DNA of 64,000 nucleotides from Smithellaceae bacterium (GTDB lineage: Bacteria > Desulfobacterota > Syntrophia > Syntrophales > Smithellaceae): the NCBI GenBank assembly GCA_963667845.2, contig CAXXVL010000002.1:832001-896000 (forward strand). The letters are read 5' to 3'. How positions within the stretch are numbered: position 1 is the first letter of the stretch; every line of letters starts with the position of its first letter. Positions 22,080-31,927 of the stretch are shown here, one piece after another. The notes below the pieces were generated by a model. The model saw only the letters and a program-made list of their open reading frames with translations, searched no databases and was not told where the DNA came from. A program made the translations under genes and the position numbers.

Positions 22080-22674
22080 ACCACTCCTATTGAATCGATC
22101 GCCACATTCTTTTGCGCCTATCTATCCTGTTTCATCGTTGCACAGAAAATGTCGGACCCGAACACTCAGGCTCTGACCGATCAACACAAGATCATTTTCA
22201 GCCCGTGCGCGTGGCTTATCCCTTCACAGACCATGTTCCATAATCCTGATAGTATGACTGATAATATGATAAGCAAAAGAAGGTTGACGTTTCAGCCTAG
22301 TGAGAGTTCCGTTCCAATTGTTTATGTCCAAGGCTGAACAGTCGCGCACCAAGCAGAGCGCTAACGAATTCCCCGATTTTCAGGTAGCCGCGATTAGCAT
22401 CGCAATAGAATACTCGTTCTTTAACCGGCCAACTGCGCAATATTTTCGGTTCCCGAAATCTCCCTTGCGAGTCCAACTAGAGCCGACATTCATCCATCAT
22501 CGCCATTCATAAAGTAAGTCGGATTCGCCGTACCGCTTCTGCTGAGAAAGCCTTTTTTCAGTTGTCAAACGTTCATGCTTCTAACAGATACTCGCATCTG
22601 CGGATGACGAAAGTTTCCTCTAGACTTTTCCGGCCAACAATCTTTCGGCGATACATTTTGCCACTATATTCTTC

Positions 22675-23448
22675 CTACGTTTGACATTCCGGACAGTAAA
22701 ACGTGCTTCTCCCACCTTGCCGAATCCTTGCCACACATGCCCCACACGTGAAGCACGCTTTTCCTTCTCTCCCGTAGACCTTAAGTTCCTGCTGGTACTC
22801 ACCCGGGCAACCATAAAGATCGCGCCAATCCGATATAGATGTACCGCGTCTGCAAATCGCACTTTTCAAAATTCTTCGCCCATGCCGGAAAACTCTCTTC
22901 CACTCTTCAAGACTCAGCGTTGACACCTGCCGCAATGGAGATATGCCGGCGCTATGCAACATTTCACAAGCATAAATGTTCCCGATACCCGCAATCGCCT
23001 TTTGATCCATGAGCAAGATCTTCACGCTGATGCGTCTCACAGCTTGCCGTGTTAAGAATTCTTTCTCGTTAAAACGCATGAACAAATCTTTCTCCGGGTT
23101 CGCGGTTGATTCATCTTCTACCCTGACGGTTGCGAAACGACGTGGATCGACCAGATCAATATTGCCATTCTCAAGTGATAACCGCCAGCGTGTATGCGGC
23201 TCCCGCTCTCCGTGCGGCCTCCAGAGCAATCGCCCCGTCATCCGCAAATGGATCTTAATGTATCTCTCATCATCAAGTTTTAGCGCAATCGCTTTCCCGT
23301 CGCGACGCACCGTCTCAATCCTGCAGCCCCCGACATTTCCGAGACCGCTAAGCTTCTCGTCATAAACAACTGACTCGTGTATATGTTTCCCCACTATCAT
23401 CGCCTGCAACTGACGGCAGAGAGTTTCGACTTCGGGAAGTTCTGGCAT
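22675..23448 (-). CDS. mutM: Formamidopyrimidine-DNA glycosylase
   Basis: MPELPEVE, HLRMTG, DPRRF, AGIGNIYA.E, C-terminal CxxC...CxxC zinc finger. Confidence 0.97.
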   Translation of the reverse strand: MPELPEVETLCRQLQAMIVGKHIHESVVYDEKLSGLGNVGGCRIETVRRDGKAIALKLDDERYIKIHLRMTGRLLWRPHGEREPHTRWRLSLENGNIDLVDPRRFATVRVEDESTANPEKDLFMRFNEKEFLTRQAVRRISVKILLMDQKAIAGIGNIYACEMLHSAGISPLRQVSTLSLEEWKRVFRHGRRILKSAICRRGTSISDWRDLYGCPGEYQQELKVYGREGKACFTCGACVARIRQGGRSTFYCPECQT

Positions 23449-23722
23449 CTTATTGTCCTTTCATTTATCTCTGGTGATCCCTCCCAGCCATGCGACTGGA
23501 GCCACCCTTTACAAAAGCTATACCCTCACTGCATTTCATCGCTTTCAAAATTTTTTCGCTTCACCACCTCGATCACCTTCCCGACCGTCCGCATTCAAAA
23601 TGCTTCTGAGAATTTTTCCCGGACACTGTCTTGAACCAGGTACAATTTTCTTACTTCATAAAACACATCTTAACTTATTTGAAAAATTTTTTTCATTTTT
23701 TCTCTAAAATGCAAAATAAATG

Positions 23723-23750
23723 TTGACAAATTTTTTTGCTTGCGTAAATT
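23723..23750 (+). promoter_or_regulatory. Candidate sigma70 promoter of the KamA operon
   Basis: TTGACA-N16-TAAATT within an A/T-tract-rich stretch. Confidence 0.5.
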
Positions 23751-23819
23751 CAAAAATTAATAAAGCCGTTTTTCAATGGCTGATTTTTAAACGGAAGCCA
23801 ACTTCCGGAAGGAGTGTGA

Positions 23820-25130
23820 ATGGAAAACGAGACGCTGTTTAATGAGGAGGCGGAACCTCCTGGTCCTAGGACCGGCCTTGTCGTAGCTCAAAATGAAACA
23901 ACGAATTTTCTTTCGTTGTCGACCGACAATCAGCAAACTTCCCTGGTAAAATCAAAACCAGAGCGCCTTTATTTCCCCTTTAAAGATTCACCCCGCTCCC
24001 GTGCTTTCCGCAAAAAGCATTACCCTGACATCAGCCGTATTGAATGGTTTGACTGGCGCTGGCAATTTCAAAACGCCATTCGCGACGTTCACACTCTCGA
24101 CACCATCATTCATCTGTCCGATAACGAACGCCAGGCAATGATGCACCCCTCCGGCGACCTTCCCGTTGCGATCACTCCTTACTACGCCAGCCTTATATCC
24201 GTAATCGATGCGACCTCGCCGTTACGCCGTTCGGTCGTGCCGGTAGTGGACGAGTGCCTGCATACGAAAGGCGAAGAAGAAGACCCTCTTTGCGAAGATG
24301 CCGACTCACCTGTCCCGGGCATCATCCATCGCTACCCCGACCGCGTACTATTTTTGGTCACCGATATCTGCGCCACTTACTGCCGCTATTGCACCCGCTC
24401 CAGAATCTTCGGCCGGCAGCATCAGTGTTTCATTGACACGGCCAAATGGGAAAAAGCGCTGGCCTATATTGAATCCAATCCCAATATCCGCGACGTGCTG
24501 CTGTCCGGAGGTGATCCCCTGACCCTGTCCGACGATAAACTCGAATGGCTGCTTTCCAGGCTCAAGGACATTCCTCACGTCGAACTCGTCCGTATCGGTA
24601 CCAAGGCACCCGTGGTTCTGCCACAGAGAATCACGCCGGCTCTCACATCCATGCTGAAAAAATATCATCCTCTCTGGATGAGCATCCATATCACCCATCC
24701 CGATGAGCTCACCCCCGAGATGAGCGCCGCCTGTATCCGTCTGGCCGATGCGGGCATTCCTCTCGGCAGTCAAACCGTTTTGCTCTCCGGAATAAACGAC
24801 TCGGTTTCCACGATGACCCGACTGGTCCACGGACTTTTGCAGATTCGCGTTCGACCCTACTACCTGTATCAATGCGATCCCATTCCCGGCTCCTCGCATT
24901 TCCGCACGCCGATCAGCAAGGGATTGGAGATCATCCAGGGCTTGCGCGGCCATACAACCGGCTATGCCGTTCCCACCTATGTCGTCGACGCGCCCGGCGG
25001 CGGCGGAAAAATCCCTTTACTTCCCGAATATGCCATCGGCTGGGATAAAGGCGATTTGATGATGCGCAATTATGAGGGCAATATCTTCCGCTACCCGGAT
25101 AATCACGCTGAGTCCAAGGATATCCACTAG
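23820..25130 (+). CDS. KamA family radical SAM aminomutase (lysine 2,3-aminomutase-type)
   Basis: DWRWQ, HRYPDR, CATYCRYC, SGGDPL, YYLYQCD, DAPGGGGK (PLP lysine). Confidence 0.93.
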   Translation: MENETLFNEEAEPPGPRTGLVVAQNETTNFLSLSTDNQQTSLVKSKPERLYFPFKDSPRSRAFRKKHYPDISRIEWFDWRWQFQNAIRDVHTLDTIIHLSDNERQAMMHPSGDLPVAITPYYASLISVIDATSPLRRSVVPVVDECLHTKGEEEDPLCEDADSPVPGIIHRYPDRVLFLVTDICATYCRYCTRSRIFGRQHQCFIDTAKWEKALAYIESNPNIRDVLLSGGDPLTLSDDKLEWLLSRLKDIPHVELVRIGTKAPVVLPQRITPALTSMLKKYHPLWMSIHITHPDELTPEMSAACIRLADAGIPLGSQTVLLSGINDSVSTMTRLVHGLLQIRVRPYYLYQCDPIPGSSHFRTPISKGLEIIQGLRGHTTGYAVPTYVVDAPGGGGKIPLLPEYAIGWDKGDLMMRNYEGNIFRYPDNHAESKDIH

Positions 25131-25148
25131 GATCAATGAAATTATATT

Positions 25149-26171
25149 ATGTCCGGTAACCCAGAGTGCACTTCAGCCAACGTTCTCAAAAAAGTATCGA
25201 TCGGCCTGACCTATGACCTGCGCGACGATTACCTGCGTGAAGGCTACTCTCTGGAAGAAACCGCCGAATTTGACAAGCCTGACACCATCGCCGCTATTGA
25301 AGATGTCATTCTGCAAAACGGCTATGCGATCGACCGCATCGGCCACATTCAGGCATTGACCCGCCGCCTGGCTGCAGGAGATCGCTGGGACCTCGTTTTT
25401 AACATTGCCGAAGGCCTGCACGGTTTTGGCCGCGAGGCACAGGTTCCCGCTCTATTGGACGCTTACAAAATTCCCTACACTTTCTCTGATGCCCTCGGTC
25501 ATTCGCTCACGCTCCACAAAGGCATGACCAAACATGTTGTACGCGATCTCGGAATTCCCACGCCGGACTTCGCCGTTGTTTCCGCTCCCGAGGATATTGA
25601 CCTTGTCCATCTTTCCTTTCCGCTCTTTGCCAAACCCGTAGCGGAAGGCACGGGCAAGGGCATCACGGCTCTGTCCAAAATTGACACTCCCGATGATTTG
25701 CGCCGTATTTGTCTGAATCTGCTGAAAATCTTTCAACAGCCTGTGCTCGTCGAATGCTATTTGCCCGGACGGGAGTTCACCGTAGGTATCGTCGGCACGG
25801 GTAGGGATGCACGCGCTCTGGGTGCGATGGAAGTCATCTTGAATCCCGAAGCGGAGCAGCACGCCTACTCCTATGACAATAAAGAACACTATGAAAACCT
25901 CGTGCGCTATGCTGTCGTCGACGATGAAGAAGCCAAGCAAGCCATGGATATCTCTCTTCGCGCCTGGCGCGGCCTCGCGTTGCAGGATGGCGGCCGTATT
26001 GATCTGCGCTCCGATGCTCACGGTATGCCACACTTTATTGAAGTCAATTCTCTCGCCGGCTTGAATCCCATCCGTTCCGATTTGCCCATTCTTTGCAGGC
26101 TGATCGGCATATCCTACCACGAGCTCATCACCGATATTCTAAATTCCGCATTAAAGCGCGCGGGATTATAG
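25149..26171 (+). CDS. D-Ala-D-Ala-ligase-like ATP-grasp enzyme 1
   Basis: VFNIAEG, KPVAEGTGKGI, LPGREFTVG, RIDLR, IEVNSLAGL; lacks the Ddl GGxSxE N-terminal motif. Confidence 0.88.
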   Translation: MSGNPECTSANVLKKVSIGLTYDLRDDYLREGYSLEETAEFDKPDTIAAIEDVILQNGYAIDRIGHIQALTRRLAAGDRWDLVFNIAEGLHGFGREAQVPALLDAYKIPYTFSDALGHSLTLHKGMTKHVVRDLGIPTPDFAVVSAPEDIDLVHLSFPLFAKPVAEGTGKGITALSKIDTPDDLRRICLNLLKIFQQPVLVECYLPGREFTVGIVGTGRDARALGAMEVILNPEAEQHAYSYDNKEHYENLVRYAVVDDEEAKQAMDISLRAWRGLALQDGGRIDLRSDAHGMPHFIEVNSLAGLNPIRSDLPILCRLIGISYHELITDILNSALKRAGL

Positions 26172-26210
26172 ATAGCTGAATACTAGATCCTGAAGACGGG
26201 AATACATTGC

Positions 26211-27197
26211 ATGGATAAGATAATCATTTTGCACACGGATGTCGCACCCGATGCCAGTGAAGATGAATTGGATACTCTCCGTCAAGCTCAAGCCATTGCG
26301 GAAGCAATTATTTCACTGGGCCATGAACCGGTCCTCTTACCGTTTACCATGGATTTGAATGCCACGATTTCCAAACTCCGCTTCCTTAACCCCCGGGTCG
26401 TTTTCAACCTCGTAGAAACGGTAGGTGGAAAAGGCAGTATGATCTACTTTTCCACGGCATTATTGGACTTTCTGCATCTGCCGTATACGGGCTGCCGGAC
26501 AGAAGCCATGTTTGTGACGTCCAACAAACCGCTTACAAAAAGAATCCTTCATGCCGAAGGTATTGCGACGCCCGCCTGGATCACATCCGCAGGAATCTCA
26601 ACCGGCATATCATCTGCCAACACATACTTAACGAAGCCCTCCTGGGAAGATGCATCTGTTGGGTTGGATGAGGACTCGGTCGTCACAATGACCACTCGGG
26701 AAAATATGATTACGGCATTGCAAAATCGTCAAGTAAAAATCGGCTGTGATTGTTTCGCCGAAGCTTACATCGAAGGACGTGAATTTAACATCGCGCTGCT
26801 CGCCGATGACAAGGGTGTTCGGATTCTGCCTCCCGCGGAAATGCTGTTTCTGAATTATCCGCCAGAAAAGTTGAAGATTCTTGATTATCGCGCCAAGTGG
26901 GTTGAAGATTCTTTTGAATATGATAATACAAGACGCACCCTGGACGTTCAGCCGCACGACAGCGATCTTATCGATCGTCTGCGCGACATCGCCCTCACGT
27001 GCTGGCATTTGTTCGGTTTGCACGGTTACGCCCGCGTCGATTTTCGCGTGGATCAGCAGGGCAAACCCTTTGTCCTGGAAATAAATGCCAATCCTTGCTT
27101 GTCGCCGGACGCCGGTTTTGCAGCCGCCCTGAAACGAGCATCGATTACATACTCTACAGCAATCAATCATATCATCCAGGATGCCTTAAAAACCTGA
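26211..27197 (+). CDS. D-Ala-D-Ala-ligase-like ATP-grasp enzyme 2
   Basis: VFNLVE, PYTG, KPSWEDASVG, IEGREFN, GYARVDFR, LEINANPCL. Confidence 0.88.
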   Translation: MDKIIILHTDVAPDASEDELDTLRQAQAIAEAIISLGHEPVLLPFTMDLNATISKLRFLNPRVVFNLVETVGGKGSMIYFSTALLDFLHLPYTGCRTEAMFVTSNKPLTKRILHAEGIATPAWITSAGISTGISSANTYLTKPSWEDASVGLDEDSVVTMTTRENMITALQNRQVKIGCDCFAEAYIEGREFNIALLADDKGVRILPPAEMLFLNYPPEKLKILDYRAKWVEDSFEYDNTRRTLDVQPHDSDLIDRLRDIALTCWHLFGLHGYARVDFRVDQQGKPFVLEINANPCLSPDAGFAAALKRASITYSTAINHIIQDALKT

Positions 27198-27212
27198 GGA
27201 GGAAATGTTTTT

Positions 27213-27563
27213 GTGTTAAAACCCGTTGTATTGTTATTTTTTTCCAATTTATTCATGACATTCGCCTGGTATGGCCACTTAAAGACTCTCAACAGTAAGC
27301 CCCTCTACCTCGTTATCGTGATCAGTTGGGGTATTGCCTTTTTTGAATACGTCCTGCAGGTGCCGGCTAATCGCATCGGCTTCGAGCACTATTCTTTAAG
27401 CCAACTCAAGATCATTCAGGAAGTCATTACCATGATCGTCTTTGCCGGTTTCGCTATCCTTTATATGAAACAGCCGCTGAAGCTCGACTTCCTCTGGGCG
27501 GCACTCTGCATGGTCGGCGCAGTCTACTTCATGTTTCGCGGTGGTTTGCCGCAGAATGGATGA
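27213..27563 (+). CDS. Small DMT-superfamily membrane protein (DUF486-like)
   Basis: SNLFMTFAWYGHLK, SWGIAFFEY.LQVPANRIG, QLKIIQEVIT. Confidence 0.9.
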   Translation: MLKPVVLLFFSNLFMTFAWYGHLKTLNSKPLYLVIVISWGIAFFEYVLQVPANRIGFEHYSLSQLKIIQEVITMIVFAGFAILYMKQPLKLDFLWAALCMVGAVYFMFRGGLPQNG

Positions 27564-28051
27564 TTACCATGAAATCTGTCACCTATCGGCGGGAAATTGA
27601 GCCGCCCGATCTCGGAGCAATTCTAAATATCGTGCAATCCAGCGGTTATTTTTCCCCCGCGGAAGTGGAACTGGCCTGCGAACTGGCCACCGACCGCATT
27701 GAACGCGGCCTTCAAAGCTCCTATCAGTTCCTGTTTGCCGAAGATGACGGTCAAGTCATCGGCTACACTTGCTACGGTTTGATTCCGGCCACGATGGGGA
27801 GCTATGACCTCTATTGGATCGCTCTATCTGAATCCATGCGCGGCCGCGGCATAGGTAAAGTGCTGCTTCGCGAAACGGAAGAACTTATCCGGAAGCTCCG
27901 CGGCAGGCATTTATACGCGGAAACGTCTTCTCGAAACCAATATGCACCGACTCAGCGCTTTTACGAAAGCTGTCACTACACAGCGGAAGCTATTCTCAAG
28001 GACTTCTATTCCCCGGGCGATAGTAAAATTATTTACTCTAAGGTCCTTTAA
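27560..28051 (+). CDS. GNAT family N-acetyltransferase
   Basis: YDLYWIA, RGRGIG, ETSS...Y.PT.RFY; overlaps the DMT gene stop. Confidence 0.9.
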   Translation: MITMKSVTYRREIEPPDLGAILNIVQSSGYFSPAEVELACELATDRIERGLQSSYQFLFAEDDGQVIGYTCYGLIPATMGSYDLYWIALSESMRGRGIGKVLLRETEELIRKLRGRHLYAETSSRNQYAPTQRFYESCHYTAEAILKDFYSPGDSKIIYSKVL

Positions 28052-28184
28052 TGACAGACAATAATACGATTAATCTGCCCTAGATTTGTTTTAAGGTCTT
28101 GCATTTTTGGTGATAATTCGCTAGAGCACTGCTGACTTTAAGGTCATAAAGTTGCATATCTAAGGAAAAAAGGAGGATTTGCTT

Positions 28185-28805
28185 ATGCGCCTGTTTCCTA
28201 AAGAAGAAAATTTTTTTAATTATTTTGAAGAGCTGGCCAATAAGATTGAAGAGGGCGGCCAATTCTTTCTCGAAATGACTAAGAATCGCGATTATTCGGA
28301 TGTAAAAGTTGCCAGGCTCAAGGAACTGGAACATGAGGCGGATGGCATTACGCATAAGACCTACGAAAGAATGCATAAGACCTTTCTGACTCCCATTGAT
28401 CGTGAAGACATATACGCATTGGTCAACAAAATGGACAGCATTATGGATGTCATTGAAGCAACGGCCATTCGCATCCATATGTATAAGGTTAAGAAGCCGG
28501 ATGACGAAATCATCAAGCAGGCGGAAATTCTTTTCCAGGCCATCAAGAAAATCAAAGGAATCGTTCACGGCCTGCGCGACATGAAAAATTCCAAAATGAT
28601 TCTGGACGGCTGTGTGGAAATCAACACCCTGGAAAATGCGGGCGATGTCGTTTTAAGAACCATCATCACGAACCTTTTCATCAAAGAGCAAGATGCCATC
28701 GAGCTGATTAAGTGGAAGGAAATTTTTGAACGGATTGAAGAAGCCATAGATGTCTGTGAAGATGTCTCCAACATTGTAGAAGGGATCGTCCTGAAACATG
28801 CTTGA
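28185..28805 (+). CDS. DUF47 / PiT-accessory phosphate transport regulator
   Basis: LEHEADGITH, TFLTPIDREDI, LENAGD, IKWKEI; precedes PiT. Confidence 0.93.
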   Translation: MRLFPKEENFFNYFEELANKIEEGGQFFLEMTKNRDYSDVKVARLKELEHEADGITHKTYERMHKTFLTPIDREDIYALVNKMDSIMDVIEATAIRIHMYKVKKPDDEIIKQAEILFQAIKKIKGIVHGLRDMKNSKMILDGCVEINTLENAGDVVLRTIITNLFIKEQDAIELIKWKEIFERIEEAIDVCEDVSNIVEGIVLKHA

Positions 28806-29799
28806 GTCGATGGCGTTTGTTTTTGTGCTGGTGGCAATCGCACTGATTTTTGATTTTCTCAATGGATTTCATGACTCTGCTAATTCCATTTCTACTGTCG
28901 TTTCCACTCGCGTTCTTTCACCGAAGCATGCTGTCATCTGGGCTGCTTTCTTTAATTTTGCTGCCGTTTTTTTTGTCGGTACTGAAGTTGCGCACACCGT
29001 CGGCAAAGGAATCATCCATTTAGACATCGTCGATAATCTGGTAATCTTATCTGCACTGGGCGGTGCAATTATCTGGAATATCGCTACCTGGTACTACGGT
29101 CTTCCCAGCAGTTCTTCCCATGCTTTAATCGGTGGTCTGATTGGCGCTGCCGTATCCAAAGCCGGAACCAGCACACTGGTCTGGTCAGGCATTACTAAGA
29201 CGACCATCTTTATCATTGTTTCGCCGGCAATCGGCATGGCTTTGGGTTTTCTATTCATGGCTCTATCCATGAATCTGAGTCGTCATTCCAATATGGCTAA
29301 ATCGGATAAGCTCTTTCGCAAGCTGCAGCTTGTATCCGCCGCTGTCTACTCACTGGGACACGGAATGAACGACGCACAAAAGACCATGGGCATTATTGCC
29401 ATGGCCCTTTTCAGTCAAGGACTTCTGGGCAGTACCTTTCACATACCCATTTGGGTTGTTATTGCCTGCTACACGATGATTTCTCTGGGAACCATGTTTG
29501 GCGGATGGCGCATTGTCAAAACGATGGGCACCAAAATCACCAAGCTGCAGCCGATGGGCGGATTCAGCGCCGAAACAGCAGCGGCCTGTTCGATCATCGG
29601 CGCGACAATAGCGGGTATTCCCGTCAGCACAACGCACACAATTACCGGCGCCATTGTGGGAGTCGGTTCCACAAAAAGACTTTCCGCCGTGCGTTGGGGA
29701 GTTGCCGGAAATATTATCTGGGCATGGATTTTAACCATACCCATTTCGGCCATCATTTCCGCAGCCATCTACTTTTCCGTTGGATACTTTGTTCGTTGA
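28798..29799 (+). CDS. Inorganic phosphate transporter (PiT family)
   Basis: NGFHDSANSI, GLPSSSSHALIGG, HGMNDAQK, PVSTTH. Confidence 0.96.
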   Translation: MLESMAFVFVLVAIALIFDFLNGFHDSANSISTVVSTRVLSPKHAVIWAAFFNFAAVFFVGTEVAHTVGKGIIHLDIVDNLVILSALGGAIIWNIATWYYGLPSSSSHALIGGLIGAAVSKAGTSTLVWSGITKTTIFIIVSPAIGMALGFLFMALSMNLSRHSNMAKSDKLFRKLQLVSAAVYSLGHGMNDAQKTMGIIAMALFSQGLLGSTFHIPIWVVIACYTMISLGTMFGGWRIVKTMGTKITKLQPMGGFSAETAAACSIIGATIAGIPVSTTHTITGAIVGVGSTKRLSAVRWGVAGNIIWAWILTIPISAIISAAIYFSVGYFVR

Positions 29800-29890
29800 T
29801 CATCACGCCTTAGCATAAAATATTATTGATATATTCTTTCTTTTACCGTAAATTATTCTTGCAACTTTTAATTTGCCAGGGAGAATACTG

Positions 29891-31156
29891 ATGCCGGAAA
29901 AACGACTGCCCTTCACCAAGAGACAACTGGAAGCCATTGTTGAAAAATATCCGACTCCTTTCCATATATATGACGAAAAAGCCATCCGGAAAAATGCGCG
30001 CGCTTTTTTGAAGGCCTTTTCCTGGAATAAAGGCTTCAAAGAATTCTTCGCCGTCAAAGCATGCCCTAATCCTTATCTAATGAAAATTCTTCACGCGGAG
30101 GGATTCGGTGCAGATTGCAGTTCACTTGCTGAATTAATCATGTCGCAAAAAACAGGCATCGTCGGCGAAGAAATCATGTTTTCCTCCAATGACACGCCCG
30201 CCGAGGAATTTGTCAAAGCCCGCAAACTTAAAGCGACGATTAACTTGGACGATATCACCCACATCAGCTATCTCGAGAAAAGCGCCGGTTTGCCGGAATT
30301 GATTTGCCTCCGTTACAACCCCGGCCCGTTAAAGAAAGGCAACATCATCATCGGCCATCCGGAAGAGGCCAAATACGGGTTTACACGGGAACAGTTGTTT
30401 GAAGGTTACCGCATTTGCCGGGATAAAGGCATTAAGCGTTTCGGCATCCACACGATGGTAGCCTCCAATGAACTTGATCCGAACTACTTTGCTGAAACGG
30501 CGGAAATTCTGTTCAAGTTGCTCGTTGAATTATCGCACGCTCTCAACATACGGTTTGAATTCGCCAATCTCAGCGGGGGCTTCGGTATTCCCTACCGGCC
30601 GGAACAGCCGCCTATTGATTTGCAGGTCATGACTCGCGGGATCCGGGAAAAATACGAACAGATTATCGTTGCCAATGGTTTCGCTCCTCTTAAGATTTTC
30701 ACAGAAAGCGGGCGTTATATTACCGGTCCCTTCGGTTATCTCGTATCCAAAGTTCTGCACATCAAGGACACATATAAACTGTTTGCCGGACTGGATGCCT
30801 CCATGGCCAATTTAATGCGTCCGGCCCTTTACGGCGCGTATCACCATATCACTGTCATGGGCAAGGAATCGCGCCCCCATGATTTTATGTATGACGTTAC
30901 CGGTTCTCTGTGTGAAAATAATGACAAATTTGCGATCGATCGCATGCTGCCCAAGCTCGATTACGGCGACACGATCGTTATTCATGATACAGGGGCACAT
31001 GGCTTTGCGATGGGTTTCAATTACAATGGCAAACTGCGCTCCGCAGAATTGCTGCTCAGGGAAGATGGCTCTGTAGTGCCCATTCGCCGCGCGGAAACAG
31101 TCAAAGATTATTTTGCGACGCTGGATTTCAAAGGCTTGGCCAAATTTCAGGTATAA
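29891..31156 (+). CDS. lysA: Diaminopimelate decarboxylase
   Basis: YPTPFHIYDE, FAVKA (PLP Lys), GGFG, ESGR, RPALYGAYH, GSLCENND, GAHGFAMGFNYN. Confidence 0.88.
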   Translation: MPEKRLPFTKRQLEAIVEKYPTPFHIYDEKAIRKNARAFLKAFSWNKGFKEFFAVKACPNPYLMKILHAEGFGADCSSLAELIMSQKTGIVGEEIMFSSNDTPAEEFVKARKLKATINLDDITHISYLEKSAGLPELICLRYNPGPLKKGNIIIGHPEEAKYGFTREQLFEGYRICRDKGIKRFGIHTMVASNELDPNYFAETAEILFKLLVELSHALNIRFEFANLSGGFGIPYRPEQPPIDLQVMTRGIREKYEQIIVANGFAPLKIFTESGRYITGPFGYLVSKVLHIKDTYKLFAGLDASMANLMRPALYGAYHHITVMGKESRPHDFMYDVTGSLCENNDKFAIDRMLPKLDYGDTIVIHDTGAHGFAMGFNYNGKLRSAELLLREDGSVVPIRRAETVKDYFATLDFKGLAKFQV

Positions 31157-31392
31157 GCCGTTAACTTTCTAATCTCGTCGATCACACAAGAGGCTCTATC
31201 CTGAAAATCAACGTTCTCTTGTTGTATTTCCCGACCTTTTTTTGAAATGTCGCAACGTCGTCGTGATACAGCTTTTGCGCCTTAGGTCCAACCTTCAGCC
31301 GACACTCCCGGGTGACGGGACTGCCCGAAGTCTTTAGTCTTACGACCTATTTCTCCATTGCCTTTTTTATATACCATGATTATACTTAATCC

Positions 31393-31875
31393 ATGTCGAA
31401 AGAGAAGATTCCATCAACACCCGCAATATTGGTGCTAAAGGAGAAAGGAGCCGATTTTACACTGCATCCATATGGTTATGAAGAAAGAGGCGGTACAAAA
31501 GTCTCTTCTCAAAAGCTTGGAGCGGACGAGCACTGTGTGATCAAAACTCTGGTCATGGAAGATGAGACCTCAAAACCTCTCATTATTTTGATGCATGGCG
31601 ATAAAGAAGTTTCCACCAAGGCATTGGCCCGCTTGCTGAATGTTAAATCCATAATGCCGTGCAAACCCACTGTCGCGCAAAGACATACCGGCTATTTGGT
31701 TGGGGGAACGTCGCCGTTCGGCACCAGAAAGCCTTTGAGTATATATATGGAGAGATCAATCGCAGCCTTACCGTATATCTTGATTAATGCCGGTTCCCGG
31801 GGTCTGCTGGCAAAAATGTCGCCATTGGAACTGATTCGGGTTCTGGAACCCTTTGAAGTAAGCGTCGCGATATAG
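31393..31875 (+). CDS. ybaK: Cys-tRNA(Pro) deacylase
   Basis: TPA, KTLV, TGYLVGGTSPFG, INAGSRG. Confidence 0.9.
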   Translation: MSKEKIPSTPAILVLKEKGADFTLHPYGYEERGGTKVSSQKLGADEHCVIKTLVMEDETSKPLIILMHGDKEVSTKALARLLNVKSIMPCKPTVAQRHTGYLVGGTSPFGTRKPLSIYMERSIAALPYILINAGSRGLLAKMSPLELIRVLEPFEVSVAI

Positions 31876-31927
31876 TTTGCGTTAAAGTTAAGGAAGAAGA
31901 TAATACCGTTAGATTTGAGGAAGACCT

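Noticed and set aside
22090..22620. About 500 bp of unexplained DNA between the pseudogene and mutM
   Set aside because: No convincing ORF, repeat or RNA structure seen; left unassigned.
23820..25130. Calling KamA epmB or ablA
   Set aside because: No efp/epmA neighbours, and the GNAT is short and separated by ligases, unlike ablAB.
25149..27197. Calling the ATP-grasp pair ddl (cell-wall D-Ala-D-Ala ligase) or vanA-like
   Set aside because: They lack the Ddl N-terminal motif, and no mur or van genes are nearby.
31160..31390. GC-rich intergenic stretch after lysA as a riboswitch
   Set aside because: No complete lysine, glycine or other aptamer consensus could be traced.
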